Assembly (NCBI RefSeq): GCF_013122565.1
Contig: NZ_CP053258.1
Direction: 5' to 3' (one strand)
DNA from: Escherichia coli
GTDB lineage: Bacteria > Pseudomonadota > Gammaproteobacteria > Enterobacterales > Enterobacteriaceae
Length of the DNA: 64,000 nucleotides
This document shows, piece after piece, positions 23,363 through 33,884 of this stretch (positions are counted from its first letter, which is position 1; every line of letters starts with the position of its first letter). The position numbers were made by a program, and so were the translations under genes. The notes under the pieces were generated by a model, which saw only the letters and a program-made list of their open reading frames with translations, had not been told where the DNA came from and ran no database searches.

Positions 23363-24757
23363 TTAATCGTGAGCGCCGATTTCGCGCAGTTTACGACCTT
23401 TCATCAGATTACGTTCAATATGTTCCAGCGAAACGTGTTTGGTTTCCGGCACCAGCCACAATGTCAGCAGGATAAACAGTACGTTCAGAGCCGCATACAC
23501 CCAGAAGGTGTTGGCGTTACCCAGCGTGTTGAGCATGGTCAGGAACGTTGCGCCAACGATCATGTTGGCAATCCAGTTGGTGGCGGTGGAGCAGGTGATG
23601 CCAAAATCGCGGCCTTTCAGCGGCTGAATTTCGGAGCACAGTACCCAAATCAGCGGACCGGCACTCATGGCAAAACCGACAATAAACATCAGGAGCATGG
23701 CGATGGCGAAATACTGCGCCGACGGAGAGTGGATACCGATATGCATCATTGTACCGAGTACGCCCATACCAGCAGCCATCACCAGGAAGCCCAGCGTTAG
23801 CGTTGGTTTACGTCCCCAGCGGTCAACAAGGCCGATTGCGATAAAGGTGGCAAGTACGTTGGTCAGGCCGACAATCACTGTCCCCCACATTTGCTCGGTG
23901 GTGTTGGTATAACCCGCCAGTTCGAAGATTTTCGGCGCGTAATACATGATGACGTTCATCCCGGTGAATTGCTGCATTACCTGTAACAGTACGCCAAGGA
24001 ACACCGCGCGGCGGAAGTTGCTATTCTCTTTAAACAGCGCCCAGCCACTCTGTTTAACCTGCAAACTTTCACGGATTTCATCCAGTTCGCGTTTCGCTTC
24101 CGCGCTGGTGTCACGCAGGCGTAGCAGCACGCGTTCGGCATCAACAAAACGGCGTTTGGCGGCAAACCAACGCGGGCTGTCTGGCAGGAAGAAGACACCA
24201 ATCAGCAGCAAAATTGCCGGGATGATAATCACACCCAGCATCCAGCGCCATGCACCGGTGTAGCTGAAGGCGGTATCAGAAAGATAAGCACCGAGGATCC
24301 CGATAGTGATCATCAACTGATACATCGAGATCATACTGCCGCGAATTTTTTCCGGCGCAATTTCAGAGAGGTACAGCGGCGCGGTATAAGAGGCCACACC
24401 CACCGCCAGCCCCAGCAGAACGCGGGAAAGAATCAGTACTTCAACGTTTGGCGCAGCCGCAGAGAACAGTGAACCGGCAACAAACAAAATTGCGCCGATC
24501 ATCAGGCTCTTTTTGCGCCCGAGTTTAAAGGAGAGCCAGCCGCTGCCCACCGCACCGACTGCCGCACCGAACATCATGGAGCTTACGACCCATTCTTGCG
24601 TGTGCGAAGTAATCTGGAATTCATCTGCAATAAACGGCAGTGCGCCAGCAATTACACCGATATCCAGGCCAAAGAGTAATCCCGCCAGAGCAGCAAGGAA
24701 GCAGACGAAAAACGTCATTGCCTTGTTTGACCGCCCCTGTTTTTTAGCGTCAGGCAT
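23363..24757 (-). CDS. galP: Galactose:H+ symporter (MFS sugar porter)
   Basis: ORF 23363..24769 trimmed to [12 protein letters not shown] (464 aa); 12-TM sugar porter signature. Confidence 0.9.
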   Translation of the reverse strand: MPDAKKQGRSNKAMTFFVCFLAALAGLLFGLDIGVIAGALPFIADEFQITSHTQEWVVSSMMFGAAVGAVGSGWLSFKLGRKKSLMIGAILFVAGSLFSAAAPNVEVLILSRVLLGLAVGVASYTAPLYLSEIAPEKIRGSMISMYQLMITIGILGAYLSDTAFSYTGAWRWMLGVIIIPAILLLIGVFFLPDSPRWFAAKRRFVDAERVLLRLRDTSAEAKRELDEIRESLQVKQSGWALFKENSNFRRAVFLGVLLQVMQQFTGMNVIMYYAPKIFELAGYTNTTEQMWGTVIVGLTNVLATFIAIGLVDRWGRKPTLTLGFLVMAAGMGVLGTMMHIGIHSPSAQYFAIAMLLMFIVGFAMSAGPLIWVLCSEIQPLKGRDFGITCSTATNWIANMIVGATFLTMLNTLGNANTFWVYAALNVLFILLTLWLVPETKHVSLEHIERNLMKGRKLREIGAHD

Positions 24758-24839
24758 GATGCCCTCCAATATGGTTATTTTTTATTGTGAATTAAGATAG
24801 GTGAGTACGACGTAAAAAGATGTGAAGCAAATCACATCA

Positions 24840-24855
24840 GTGTAATCGCTTACAC
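24840..24855. promoter_or_regulatory. Candidate GalR/GalS operator in the galP promoter region
   Basis: GTGTAATCGCTTACAC, a near-perfect dyad of the GalR operator type, lies about 85 bp upstream of the galP start. Confidence 0.4.
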
Positions 24856-25144
24856 TAACATTTATCTTGGTTATGATTTAAGTGCATGAAAATAATTGAG
24901 TTATATCATCATAGATCAAACGCTGTTATCTGCAATTAAGACTTTACTGAAAAGAAATGTAACAACTGTGAAAGCCGAATAATAATATGAAAATATTACA
25001 AATCTTTGTCTGTTGTGGTTGGTGTAATCGGTTTCAGTTGTGATGATAATTTGCGGTGAAACGTGATCAGGAAGAATGATGTTATTGTGCGGGCGGTTTT
25101 TTTGCTGGGTGCGGCGTGAACGCCTATCCACCGCGGTGAGGTAA

Positions 25145-25175
25145 AAGAAAAAGGCCAGCGCGAGGCTGGCCTTTG
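25145..25175 (-). terminator. Rho-independent terminator downstream of metK
   Basis: GGCCAGCCTCGCGCTGGCC stem followed by a T-run when read on the minus strand. Confidence 0.45.
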
Positions 25176-25193
25176 AAAGCAGGTGAAGAAAGA

Positions 25194-26348
25194 TTACTTC
25201 AGACCGGCAGCATCGCGCAGCAGCTGCGCTTTGTCGGTTTTTTCCCACGGGAAATGTTCACGACCAAAGTGACCGTATGCTGCGGTTTCTTTGTAGATCG
25301 GGTGCAGCAGATCCAGCATCTGAATCAGACCGTATGGGCGCAGGTCGAAGAACTCACGTACCAGCAGAGTCAGTTGTTCAGAAGGCACTTTCTCAGTACC
25401 GAAAGTTTCTACCATGATGGAAGTCGGTTCAGCCACGCCGATTGCGTAGGAAACCTGAATTTCACAACGATCGGCCAGGCCAGCAGCAACGATGTTTTTT
25501 GCAACATAACGTGCTGCGTACGCAGCGGAACGGTCCACTTTTGATGGATCTTTACCAGAGAATGCACCGCCACCGTGACGCGCCATGCCGCCGTAGGTAT
25601 CAACGATAATTTTACGACCAGTCAGACCGCAGTCACCCATTGGGCCACCGATAACGAAACGACCGGTCGGGTTGATGAAGAATTTGGTGGCAGAAGTCAG
25701 CCATTCAGCGGGCAGAATTGGCTTGATGATCTCTTCCATTACCGCTTCTTGCAGCGATTTCTGGTCGATCTCTTCAGAGTGCTGAGTGGAAAGCACGACA
25801 GCATCAATACCAACGATTTTGCCGTCGTCATACTGGAAAGTCACCTGGCTTTTCGCGTCCGGGCGCAGCCACGGCAGAGTGCCGTTTTTACGCACTTCAG
25901 CTTGACGCTGTACCAGACGGTGTGCATAGGTGATAGGTGCTGGCATCAGCACGTCGGTTTCATTAGTTGCGTAGCCAAACATCAGACCCTGGTCACCCGC
26001 GCCCTGTTCCAGCGGATCGGCACGGTCAACGCCCTGGTTGATGTCAGGAGACTGTTTGCCGATAGCGCTCAGAACCGCACAGGAGTTAGCGTCAAAGCCC
26101 ATGTCGGAATGTACATAGCCAATTTCGCGAACGGTGTTACGGGTGATCTCTTCGATGTCTACCCAGGCGCTGGTGGTGATTTCGCCGCCAACTAAAACCA
26201 TGCCGGTTTTTACGTAGGTTTCGCAAGCAACGCGTGCTTTCGGATCCTGTTCGAGGATCGCGTCTAAAACGGCATCAGAAATTTGGTCAGCAATTTTGTC
26301 AGGATGCCCTTCAGAGACGGACTCGGACGTAAAAAGGTGTTTTGCCAT
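25194..26348 (-). CDS. metK: S-adenosylmethionine synthetase
   Basis: ORF 25194..26360 trimmed to [18 protein letters not shown] (384 aa). Confidence 0.9.
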
Positions 26349-26403
26349 ATTTAATATCACCTAAAGAGAATTTGGTTAGCTCAAACTGTTGTGTGGATTT
26401 TCT

Positions 26404-26655
26404 GTGGTAGCGGATCCTACCACGACTCTGCAGGTTAAAAACACTGGCAGTCTGAGTGTTAATCGGTATGGATGGATTAACATCTGGATGGCTATTTTAG
26501 GTCAATTCTTCACCCGATTTCCACTTTTTTTTGAATCGTGTCTCATTCTGCTAAAAACGTGGCTGGAAATTTTTCCTGACAATGCCGGCATTCTGCGTAT
26601 TTATCTTTTGCAATTTTCTGCCATTGTGGGGTATAAAACGCGGCGCGCGGCTTAA
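26404..26655 (+). CDS. yqgD: Small protein, probable YqgD
   Basis: ORF 26389..26655; an 83-aa product if started at the GTG at 26404. Position between metK and speA; weak support. Confidence 0.3.
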   Translation: MVADPTTTLQVKNTGSLSVNRYGWINIWMAILGQFFTRFPLFFESCLILLKTWLEIFPDNAGILRIYLLQFSAIVGYKTRRAA

Positions 26656-26867
26656 ATAAAAAGCACACGACGTTTCTTGCGTGTTGCCACTTCCAGCCGG
26701 GTTGAAATCAGAGTTTTGGCTTGTGGGTTCGTCTTAACAGGCGGCCGTGGAGGTGATACGAAATAATGAACCGTTGTCTGCTGCTTAACCTGTCTCACCG
26801 TTCTGGTGAAGATTCGTTCCCCGTACTCTGCATCTCTGCTTTGCATACCTGCCGATGTTATACCCAT
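26652..26867 (-). CDS. yqgC: Small protein, probable YqgC
   Basis: 71-aa ORF, the same length as K-12 YqgC as I recall it; weak support. Confidence 0.3.
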   Translation of the reverse strand: MGITSAGMQSRDAEYGERIFTRTVRQVKQQTTVHYFVSPPRPPVKTNPQAKTLISTRLEVATRKKRRVLFI

Positions 26868-27002
26868 CTCGGCGCTTCTCAGGATTCAAGAGCTGGTTAC
26901 AGTTACTGAGGACTGAACAAGGGCGCTCTTGTAAAAACAAGAGTTTTCTCGTGGTTTCGCCGAACTGTCACACTTACGTTCGGTTATGTGCTTAATAATG
27001 TT

Positions 27003-27134
27003 ATGAAAAAGAAACCGGTTGCGCAGTTGGAGCGTCAGCATTCACTGCTGGAAAATCCATGTGCTTATGGGTTGTTATCGCAGTTCCAGGCTGCGATAGT
27101 CGTTAACTGTTTTACACTTAATAAAATAATTTGA
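27003..27134 (+). CDS. yqgB: Small acid-stress protein YqgB
   Basis: 43-codon [46 protein letters not shown] immediately upstream of speA; too short for the ORF track. Confidence 0.55.
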   Translation: MKKKPVAQLERQHSLLENPCAYGLLSQFQAAIVVNCFTLNKII

Positions 27135-27142
27135 GGTTCGCT

Positions 27143-29119
27143 ATGTCTGACGACATGTCTATGGGTTTGCCTTCGTCAGCGGGCGAACACGGTGTACTAC
27201 GCTCCATGCAGGAGGTTGCAATGAGCTCCCAGGAAGCCAGCAAGATGCTGCGTACTTACAATATTGCCTGGTGGGGCAATAACTACTATGACGTTAACGA
27301 GCTGGGCCACATCAGCGTGTGCCCGGACCCGGACGTCCCGGAAGCTCGCGTCGATCTCGCGCAGTTAGTGAAAACTCGTGAAGCACAGGGTCAGCGTCTG
27401 CCTGCACTGTTCTGTTTCCCACAGATCCTGCAGCACCGTTTGCGTTCCATTAACGCCGCGTTCAAACGTGCGCGGGAATCCTACGGCTATAACGGCGATT
27501 ACTTCCTCGTTTATCCGATCAAAGTTAACCAGCACCGTCGCGTGATTGAGTCCCTGATTCATTCGGGCGAACCGCTGGGTCTGGAAGCCGGTTCCAAAGC
27601 CGAGTTGATGGCAGTGCTGGCACATGCTGGCATGACCCGTAGCGTCATCGTCTGCAACGGTTATAAAGACCGCGAATATATCCGCCTGGCATTAATTGGC
27701 GAGAAGATGGGGCACAAGGTCTATCTGGTCATTGAGAAGATGTCAGAAATCGCCATTGTGCTGGATGAAGCAGAACGTCTGAATGTCGTTCCTCGTCTGG
27801 GCGTGCGTGCACGTCTGGCTTCGCAGGGCTCGGGTAAATGGCAGTCCTCCGGCGGGGAAAAATCGAAGTTCGGCCTGGCTGCGACTCAGGTACTGCAACT
27901 GGTTGAAACCCTGCGTGAAGCCGGGCGTCTCGACAGCCTGCAACTACTGCACTTCCACCTCGGTTCGCAGATGGCGAATATTCGCGATATCGCCACAGGC
28001 GTTCGTGAATCCGCGCGTTTCTATGTGGAACTGCACAAGCTGGGCGTCAATATTCAGTGCTTCGACGTCGGCGGCGGTCTGGGCGTGGACTATGAAGGCA
28101 CCCGTTCGCAGTCTGACTGCTCCGTAAACTATGGCCTCAATGAATACGCCAACAACATCATCTGGGCGATTGGTGATGCGTGTGAAGAAAATGGTCTGCC
28201 GCATCCGACGGTAATCACCGAATCGGGCCGTGCGGTGACTGCGCACCATACCGTGCTGGTGTCGAATATCATCGGCGTGGAACGTAACGAATATACGGTG
28301 CCGACCGCGCCCGCAGAAGATGCGCCGCGCGCACTGCAAAGCATGTGGGAAACCTGGCAGGAGATGCACGAACCGGGAACTCGCCGTTCTCTGCGTGAAT
28401 GGTTGCACGACAGCCAGATGGACTTGCACGATATTCATATCGGCTATTCTTCGGGCACCTACAACCTGCAAGAACGCGCGTGGGCTGAGCAGCTTTATCT
28501 GAGCATGTGTCATGAAGTGCAAAAGCAGCTGGATCCGCAAAACCGCGCACATCGCCCGATTATCGACGAATTGCAGGAACGTATGGCGGACAAAATGTAC
28601 GTCAACTTCTCGCTGTTCCAGTCGATGCCGGATGCGTGGGGGATCGACCAGTTGTTCCCGGTTCTGCCGCTGGAAGGGCTGGATCAAGTGCCGGAACGCC
28701 GCGCTGTGCTGCTGGATATTACCTGTGACTCTGACGGTGCTATTGATCACTATATCGATGGTGATGGTATTGCCACGACAATGCCGATGCCGGAGTACGA
28801 TCCGGAGAATCCGCCGATGCTCGGTTTCTTTATGGTCGGCGCATATCAGGAGATCCTCGGCAACATGCACAACCTGTTCGGTGATACCGAAGCGGTTGAC
28901 GTGTTCGTCTTCCCTGACGGTAGCGTAGAAGTGGAACTGTCTGACGAAGGCGATACCGTGGCGGACATGCTGCAATATGTACAGCTCGATCCGAAAACGC
29001 TGTTAACCCAGTTCCGCGATCAAGTGAAGAAAACCGATCTTGATGCTGAACTGCAACAACAGTTCCTTGAAGAGTTCGAGGCAGGTTTGTACGGTTATAC
29101 TTATCTTGAAGATGAATAA
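27143..29119 (+). CDS. speA: Biosynthetic arginine decarboxylase
   Basis: ORF 27131..29119 trimmed to the ATG at 27143 ([17 protein letters not shown]), giving 658 aa. Confidence 0.9.
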   Translation: MSDDMSMGLPSSAGEHGVLRSMQEVAMSSQEASKMLRTYNIAWWGNNYYDVNELGHISVCPDPDVPEARVDLAQLVKTREAQGQRLPALFCFPQILQHRLRSINAAFKRARESYGYNGDYFLVYPIKVNQHRRVIESLIHSGEPLGLEAGSKAELMAVLAHAGMTRSVIVCNGYKDREYIRLALIGEKMGHKVYLVIEKMSEIAIVLDEAERLNVVPRLGVRARLASQGSGKWQSSGGEKSKFGLAATQVLQLVETLREAGRLDSLQLLHFHLGSQMANIRDIATGVRESARFYVELHKLGVNIQCFDVGGGLGVDYEGTRSQSDCSVNYGLNEYANNIIWAIGDACEENGLPHPTVITESGRAVTAHHTVLVSNIIGVERNEYTVPTAPAEDAPRALQSMWETWQEMHEPGTRRSLREWLHDSQMDLHDIHIGYSSGTYNLQERAWAEQLYLSMCHEVQKQLDPQNRAHRPIIDELQERMADKMYVNFSLFQSMPDAWGIDQLFPVLPLEGLDQVPERRAVLLDITCDSDGAIDHYIDGDGIATTMPMPEYDPENPPMLGFFMVGAYQEILGNMHNLFGDTEAVDVFVFPDGSVEVELSDEGDTVADMLQYVQLDPKTLLTQFRDQVKKTDLDAELQQQFLEEFEAGLYGYTYLEDE

Positions 29120-29136
29120 TTAAGATTATTCCGCTG

Positions 29137-29176
29137 GCGGGTCGATTTATTTACGTAAATCGGCCCGCTTTCTTTT
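29137..29176 (+). terminator. Rho-independent terminator after speA
   Basis: GCGGGTCGATTTA...TAAATCGGCCCGC inverted repeat followed by TTTCTTTTT. Confidence 0.45.
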
Positions 29177-29264
29177 TATATATTCTTAAAAATAATTTAG
29201 CTGCTTTTCTTATTAAATAATCTCCCTACAATCGCTGCATTAATTAAATGCAGAGGGAACGGTT

Positions 29265-29996
29265 ATGAAAAAATGGAAAGTACGTAGCGCGTTGATAGCA
29301 TTAGTCGTGCTGCTGGCCGGTTGTTCCAGTAATGCGCAGTATAATAGCAGTGCATCGGGCAATGTCGGCACCGCCTGGGGTGGGGATGTGCACTCATCGG
29401 TTCAGGGCGTATCTGCTGAACGAGCCTGGCGCGATCCTGCAGAGATGATCGTTATTAGTTATTCGACTAATGTTCCTTCCGGCTACGACCGCGTTTATAG
29501 CATTCGTATTAACGAACTGGAATATGCTATTCGCGATGGTAATTTTAATTCTCTACCTATTACGCGGGCTTATGATTCATCCAATAATGAACCACGCTAT
29601 ATTGTCCATGCCAGAGTCGGAATGAATTATCAATTATATGTCCGTAATTACAGTCGTAACACCAACTACGAGATCGTTGCTACGGTTGATGGCCTGGATG
29701 TGCTGAACGGCAAGCAAGGTTCGCTGAATAACAACGGCTATATTGTGAATGCCGGAGATTCTTTAGCGATTAAAGGATTCCGCAAAGATAAACATACCGA
29801 AGCGGCTTTTCAGTTCGCCAACGTTGCTGATTCCTACGCCGCCAATTCGGCGCAAGGCGATGTGCGTAATACCGGGGTAATCGGCTTTGCCGCCTTTGAA
29901 TTACAAGGCCCGGCGCAAAACGCGATGCCGACGTGCTCTGGACAAGCCTTTCCGGCGGACAACAATGGCTATGCGCCGCCACCGTGTCGGAAATAG
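29265..29996 (+). CDS. Hypothetical lipoprotein (accessory; no K-12 counterpart recalled)
   Basis: 243-aa ORF with an N-terminal signal peptide and lipobox (LLAGC), AGGGA ribosome-binding site upstream, and its own terminator downstream. No family recognised. Sits in a speA–speB spacer of about 1 kb, against roughly 0.14 kb in K-12 from memory. Confidence 0.55.
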   Translation: MKKWKVRSALIALVVLLAGCSSNAQYNSSASGNVGTAWGGDVHSSVQGVSAERAWRDPAEMIVISYSTNVPSGYDRVYSIRINELEYAIRDGNFNSLPITRAYDSSNNEPRYIVHARVGMNYQLYVRNYSRNTNYEIVATVDGLDVLNGKQGSLNNNGYIVNAGDSLAIKGFRKDKHTEAAFQFANVADSYAANSAQGDVRNTGVIGFAAFELQGPAQNAMPTCSGQAFPADNNGYAPPPCRK

Positions 29997-30061
29997 CAAC
30001 CTCGCTTGATGCCTCGCCCATTTAAGGCGATAATTAACACAAACTTGTGTTTCGCAAATCC

Positions 30062-30103
30062 AACCCTTCCTCGTCGGGCCTAACGACGCGGAAGGGTTTT
30101 TTT
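30062..30103 (+). terminator. Rho-independent terminator after the lipoprotein gene
   Basis: AACCCTTCC...GGAAGGGTT stem followed by TTTTTTT. Confidence 0.45.
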
Positions 30104-30131
30104 ATATCGACTTTGTAATAGGAGTCCATCC

Positions 30132-31052
30132 ATGAGCACCTTAGGTCATCAATACGATAACTCACTGGTTTCCAACGCCTTTGGTTTTTTACGCCTGCCG
30201 ATGAACTTCCAGCCGTATGACAGCGATGCTGACTGGGTGATTACTGGCGTGCCGTTCGATATGGCCACTTCTGGTCGTGCGGGTGGTCGTCACGGTCCGG
30301 CAGCTATTCGTCAGGTTTCGACGAATCTGGCCTGGGAACACAACCGCTTCCCGTGGAATTTCGACATGCGTGAGCGCCTGAACGTGGTGGACTGCGGTGA
30401 TCTGGTATATGCCTTCGGCGATGCCCGTGAGATGAGCGAGAAGCTGCAGGCACACGCCGAGAAGTTGCTGGCTGCCGGTAAGCGTATGCTCTCCTTCGGT
30501 GGTGACCACTTTGTTACGCTGCCGCTGCTGCGTGCTCATGCGAAGCATTTCGGCAAAATGGCGCTGGTACACTTTGACGCCCACACCGATACCTACGCGA
30601 ACGGTTGTGAATTTGACCACGGCACCATGTTCTATACCGCGCCGAAAGAAGGTCTGATCGACCCGAATCATTCCGTGCAGATTGGTATTCGTACTGAGTT
30701 CGATAAAGACAACGGCTTTACCGTGCTGGACGCCTGCCAGGTGAACGATCGCAGCGTGGATGACGTTATCGCCCAGGTGAAACAAATTGTGGGTGATATG
30801 CCGGTTTACCTGACCTTTGATATCGACTGCCTGGATCCTGCTTTTGCACCAGGCACCGGTACCCCGGTAATTGGCGGCCTGACCTCCGATCGCGCTATTA
30901 AACTGGTACGCGGCCTGAAAGATCTCAACATCGTTGGGATGGACGTAGTGGAAGTGGCTCCGGCATACGATCAGTCGGAAATCACCGCTCTGGCTGCGGC
31001 GACGCTGGCGCTGGAGATGCTGTATATTCAGGCGGCGAAAAAGGGCGAGTAA
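30132..31052 (+). CDS. speB: Agmatinase
   Basis: 306-aa ORF of the arginase/ureohydrolase family (conserved His/Asp Mn-binding residues, e.g. GGDHF...DAHTD). Confidence 0.9.
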   Translation: MSTLGHQYDNSLVSNAFGFLRLPMNFQPYDSDADWVITGVPFDMATSGRAGGRHGPAAIRQVSTNLAWEHNRFPWNFDMRERLNVVDCGDLVYAFGDAREMSEKLQAHAEKLLAAGKRMLSFGGDHFVTLPLLRAHAKHFGKMALVHFDAHTDTYANGCEFDHGTMFYTAPKEGLIDPNHSVQIGIRTEFDKDNGFTVLDACQVNDRSVDDVIAQVKQIVGDMPVYLTFDIDCLDPAFAPGTGTPVIGGLTSDRAIKLVRGLKDLNIVGMDVVEVAPAYDQSEITALAAATLALEMLYIQAAKKGE

Positions 31053-31200
31053 GTCATCTGCCTGGTTGAATTTTTTACACAGTCCCTTGTCTGGCACAAG
31101 GGACTTATCATTTAAAACCTATCCTGTTAATTAAGTCATCTTACCCTGACTGCTGTTTTTTAATGGATTGTTATTATCGCGTTTTTAATGGAATAAATAG

Positions 31201-32763
31201 ATGGAACGCACTCTTCCCTGGAAGCCTCTTCTTTGTTTGTTATTTCTTTTATCAACTGGCTGCGATAGAGCAGAAAAACAGAAAATTGCCGCACAGCTGC
31301 AACAAGACAAAGAAGCTATTTCCTCTGTCGTCAAAAAGAGTTATCGCGCATTATGTGGCCCTGAGTTTGTCACCAGCATAGATTCGCACGATCGCCTTGC
31401 GGAAATGCAGCAAGTATTTACGCCTGCTTTAATGGAGCCTGTACTGAAATACTGGCAAGAGTCACCCAAAACGTGTAAACGACGTTTCCCCAGTTATAGC
31501 GATCCTTCAGCGACCTTCGTCGAAGGCGACAAGGCGCAGATTGGTGCTTTTTTTGGTCACCAATCTGATATTGATATTCCAATGGAGTTAATCCGGCAAG
31601 GGGATGGTAAATGGAAGATTGCTGCGATTGATATTGCATCGTTACACGAGTTTGAAAAAAACGGTCGGGTTACTGATGAGGTGCAGAAAAAAATAGATTT
31701 GCTTAAAAAACGCTCATTCAAGCAACATAGGGATTCCCCTGTGCTGACGAGGACCGCGCCAGAGCGGGTCAGTAAGTCCCCTTTGACATCGATGGAGCAA
31801 ACAGTTACGGAGCAAGACTCTTCCTGGCTGGATGTCTTACTGACAATAGGCAAATATGCCCTTTATCTGGTAGCGATAATACTTATTCTCGCCTTGGTGG
31901 CTGTTTTGTGGATTGGTTATGGCCTGGTGTTCGCCGGACATCGCCTTTTCAAAGCATCCTGTAGAGATCCCTCAATTCAAAAAATTCCTGTGGCTGAACG
32001 TTGGGCAATGGCAGTCGGCGCGCCTTATGCCATTGCGGGTAACAATCACTGGGCGCGACGAGTCGTTAATGATGATTCCGAGGAAGCAGAGAATGATTGC
32101 AAAAGTGAAGTTGAGTCCCTTGCTGACATGTGGGGCGTCTTTGATCGGGATTCGTTACTTGAGCAACTCTTAGCTTTGTTTGTTGCAGGGCATCGTTCAG
32201 TTTATGAAGAACAGATCAAAAACGATAGCGAAATGCCGGATGCTGAATATCGCGCGTTCGCTCAGCAATTAGCCCAGAACGCGAAATCAAGTAGCGAAGC
32301 GAAAGAGCGTTTGTGGCAGCTACAGATGGTCAGAAAAAATCGACGTAAAATATGCGATATAGATTTTTGTGCCTGGGATATGGTGCGTTTTGTCATGCTA
32401 TGTAATAGCGGGGCGCAAGTGGGATACATTACCCAGCGTGAAATGGTCGATTTTTCGATGCTGGCAGCCAGACGCGTACAGCAACATTACAGAAGCTGGC
32501 GCGAATTGGCCGGGCATTTTTTGCTGGCCCGTTGGTACTGGAAAGCAACGGATAAACGGCACCTGATTACCCATATTCTTTTTAAGAAAGCCATTACATC
32601 TTTATTAAAAGAGCAGGGGAGTCCGTGGCGTACTTTACCCTGGGATACTCCATTACCTGAAGGAACAGAGACGGCTTTTGCCTGGGCTTGTGGCGTAAGC
32701 ACTGCCGATGTAGTAGAGGTGCGATTGGATACACCAGATAAAGCAATCTACGAAGCGAATTGA
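31201..32763 (+). CDS. Hypothetical 520-aa lipoprotein/membrane protein with a possible DUF1266-like C-terminal domain (accessory)
   Basis: N-terminal signal peptide with lipobox (LLSTGC), a roughly 190-aa soluble region, a long hydrophobic segment (LDVLLTIGKYALYLVAIILILALVAVLWIGYGLVFAG), then a roughly 280-aa C-terminal region with CAWDMVRF and LLARWYW motifs that remind me of DUF1266 (YbeR/YbeU-type). The family call is from memory only. Confidence 0.5.
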   Translation: MERTLPWKPLLCLLFLLSTGCDRAEKQKIAAQLQQDKEAISSVVKKSYRALCGPEFVTSIDSHDRLAEMQQVFTPALMEPVLKYWQESPKTCKRRFPSYSDPSATFVEGDKAQIGAFFGHQSDIDIPMELIRQGDGKWKIAAIDIASLHEFEKNGRVTDEVQKKIDLLKKRSFKQHRDSPVLTRTAPERVSKSPLTSMEQTVTEQDSSWLDVLLTIGKYALYLVAIILILALVAVLWIGYGLVFAGHRLFKASCRDPSIQKIPVAERWAMAVGAPYAIAGNNHWARRVVNDDSEEAENDCKSEVESLADMWGVFDRDSLLEQLLALFVAGHRSVYEEQIKNDSEMPDAEYRAFAQQLAQNAKSSSEAKERLWQLQMVRKNRRKICDIDFCAWDMVRFVMLCNSGAQVGYITQREMVDFSMLAARRVQQHYRSWRELAGHFLLARWYWKATDKRHLITHILFKKAITSLLKEQGSPWRTLPWDTPLPEGTETAFAWACGVSTADVVEVRLDTPDKAIYEAN

Positions 32764-32816
32764 TGCTCCAAATGATTGAACTTGTTTAATGACTGTGGCC
32801 GGCTCTGAATGAAAAT

Positions 32817-32842
32817 TTCTCCGACATTCCTGTCGGAGAAAT
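32817..32842. terminator. Hairpin between the convergent 520-aa gene and loiP
   Basis: TTTCTCCGAC-ATTCCTG-TCGGAGAAA inverted repeat. Confidence 0.35.
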
Positions 32843-32848
32843 ATGAAA

Positions 32849-33607
32849 TTACTTAACCCCATCCGCGCTCATGCGATCGCGAATATGCTGGGCGCGTTCG
32901 GCGGATGCCGGGTGGTCGTCAAACATTGAGCTTTGACGGCCTTCTTCCAGCTTCGCCAGTTTTTCAAAGCTGGTGGCAAGACCTGCCGGGCTGATGCCGC
33001 GTTGGCGCAGAAGATCGTAAGAATAATCATCGGCTTCTGCTTCCTGGCGCTGGGAGAATTGCGAATTGACTAATTTCTCGCCCAGATCACCAAGTTGTGA
33101 TTGAGATAAACTGCCGACAATCCCGCCCGCAGAGGCCGCAGCTACTCGCACGGCATTTGTACCAAGCGCTACCTGCATCCCTTTCTTCACATGGCCTAAC
33201 GCCACGTGCCCCATTTCGTGACCGATCACCGCTTCGACTTCGTTATCCGTCATCATATCCATCAGCCCGCTATAGACGCGGATACAGCCGTTAGCCATTG
33301 CAAAGGCGTTCACATCCTTCGCCATATACACTTTGTAATTTACCGGCTGACCGTTGATATTGTTGCCTAGCGCATTGGCAATAGTTGTCAGACGTTTAGC
33401 ATATTCGCTATTGGCTGGCGCAATCGTCGCCTTGCTGTCCATCTCCTGACATGCCTGATCGCTCAGGGCTTTCACCTGCGCATCACTCAAACTGTAAGCC
33501 TGAAAAGCTTCCGCTCCTGATGAAAGCAGTCCGTTGGAGTCCATATTCTGGCAACCGGTCAGTACCGTTGCCACGCTCATTGCTACCAATAAGGCGCGAA
33601 TTTTCAT
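32849..33607 (-). CDS. loiP: Outer-membrane metalloprotease LoiP (M48 family)
   Basis: ORF 32849..33826 trimmed to MKIRALLVAMSVATVLTGC (252 aa); HEMGH zinc motif. Confidence 0.85.
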   Translation of the reverse strand: MKIRALLVAMSVATVLTGCQNMDSNGLLSSGAEAFQAYSLSDAQVKALSDQACQEMDSKATIAPANSEYAKRLTTIANALGNNINGQPVNYKVYMAKDVNAFAMANGCIRVYSGLMDMMTDNEVEAVIGHEMGHVALGHVKKGMQVALGTNAVRVAAASAGGIVGSLSQSQLGDLGEKLVNSQFSQRQEAEADDYSYDLLRQRGISPAGLATSFEKLAKLEEGRQSSMFDDHPASAERAQHIRDRMSADGVK

Positions 33608-33884
33608 GTTTTCTCTTCCGCACAAGGTCAGGATTATTCTAAAAATGCGCCGTTTGCAGGTGAATCGACGCTCAGTCTCAGTATAAGGAAAAGCGCAGCA
33701 GACGGGCGAGAAGATTGCGCAACATGCGAGCATGATCCAGAGATTTCTGAAGCGGCAAAAGGATGTTCCATGTACATGACGCGCGGCTTGCGGTAAATTG
33801 TTGGCAAATTTTCCGGCGTAGCCCAAAACGCGCTGTCGTCAAGTCGTTAAGGGCGTGCCCTTCATCATCCGATCTGGAGTCAAA

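Noticed and set aside
27944-28975. 343-aa minus-strand ORF antisense to speA, plus several 60–140-aa ORFs in the same region
   Set aside because: All lie inside the speA coding sequence on the opposite strand or in alternative frames; they have no ribosome-binding sites and no domain features.
30189-31097. 302-aa minus-strand ORF antisense to speB
   Set aside because: Shadow ORF of speB; no independent support.
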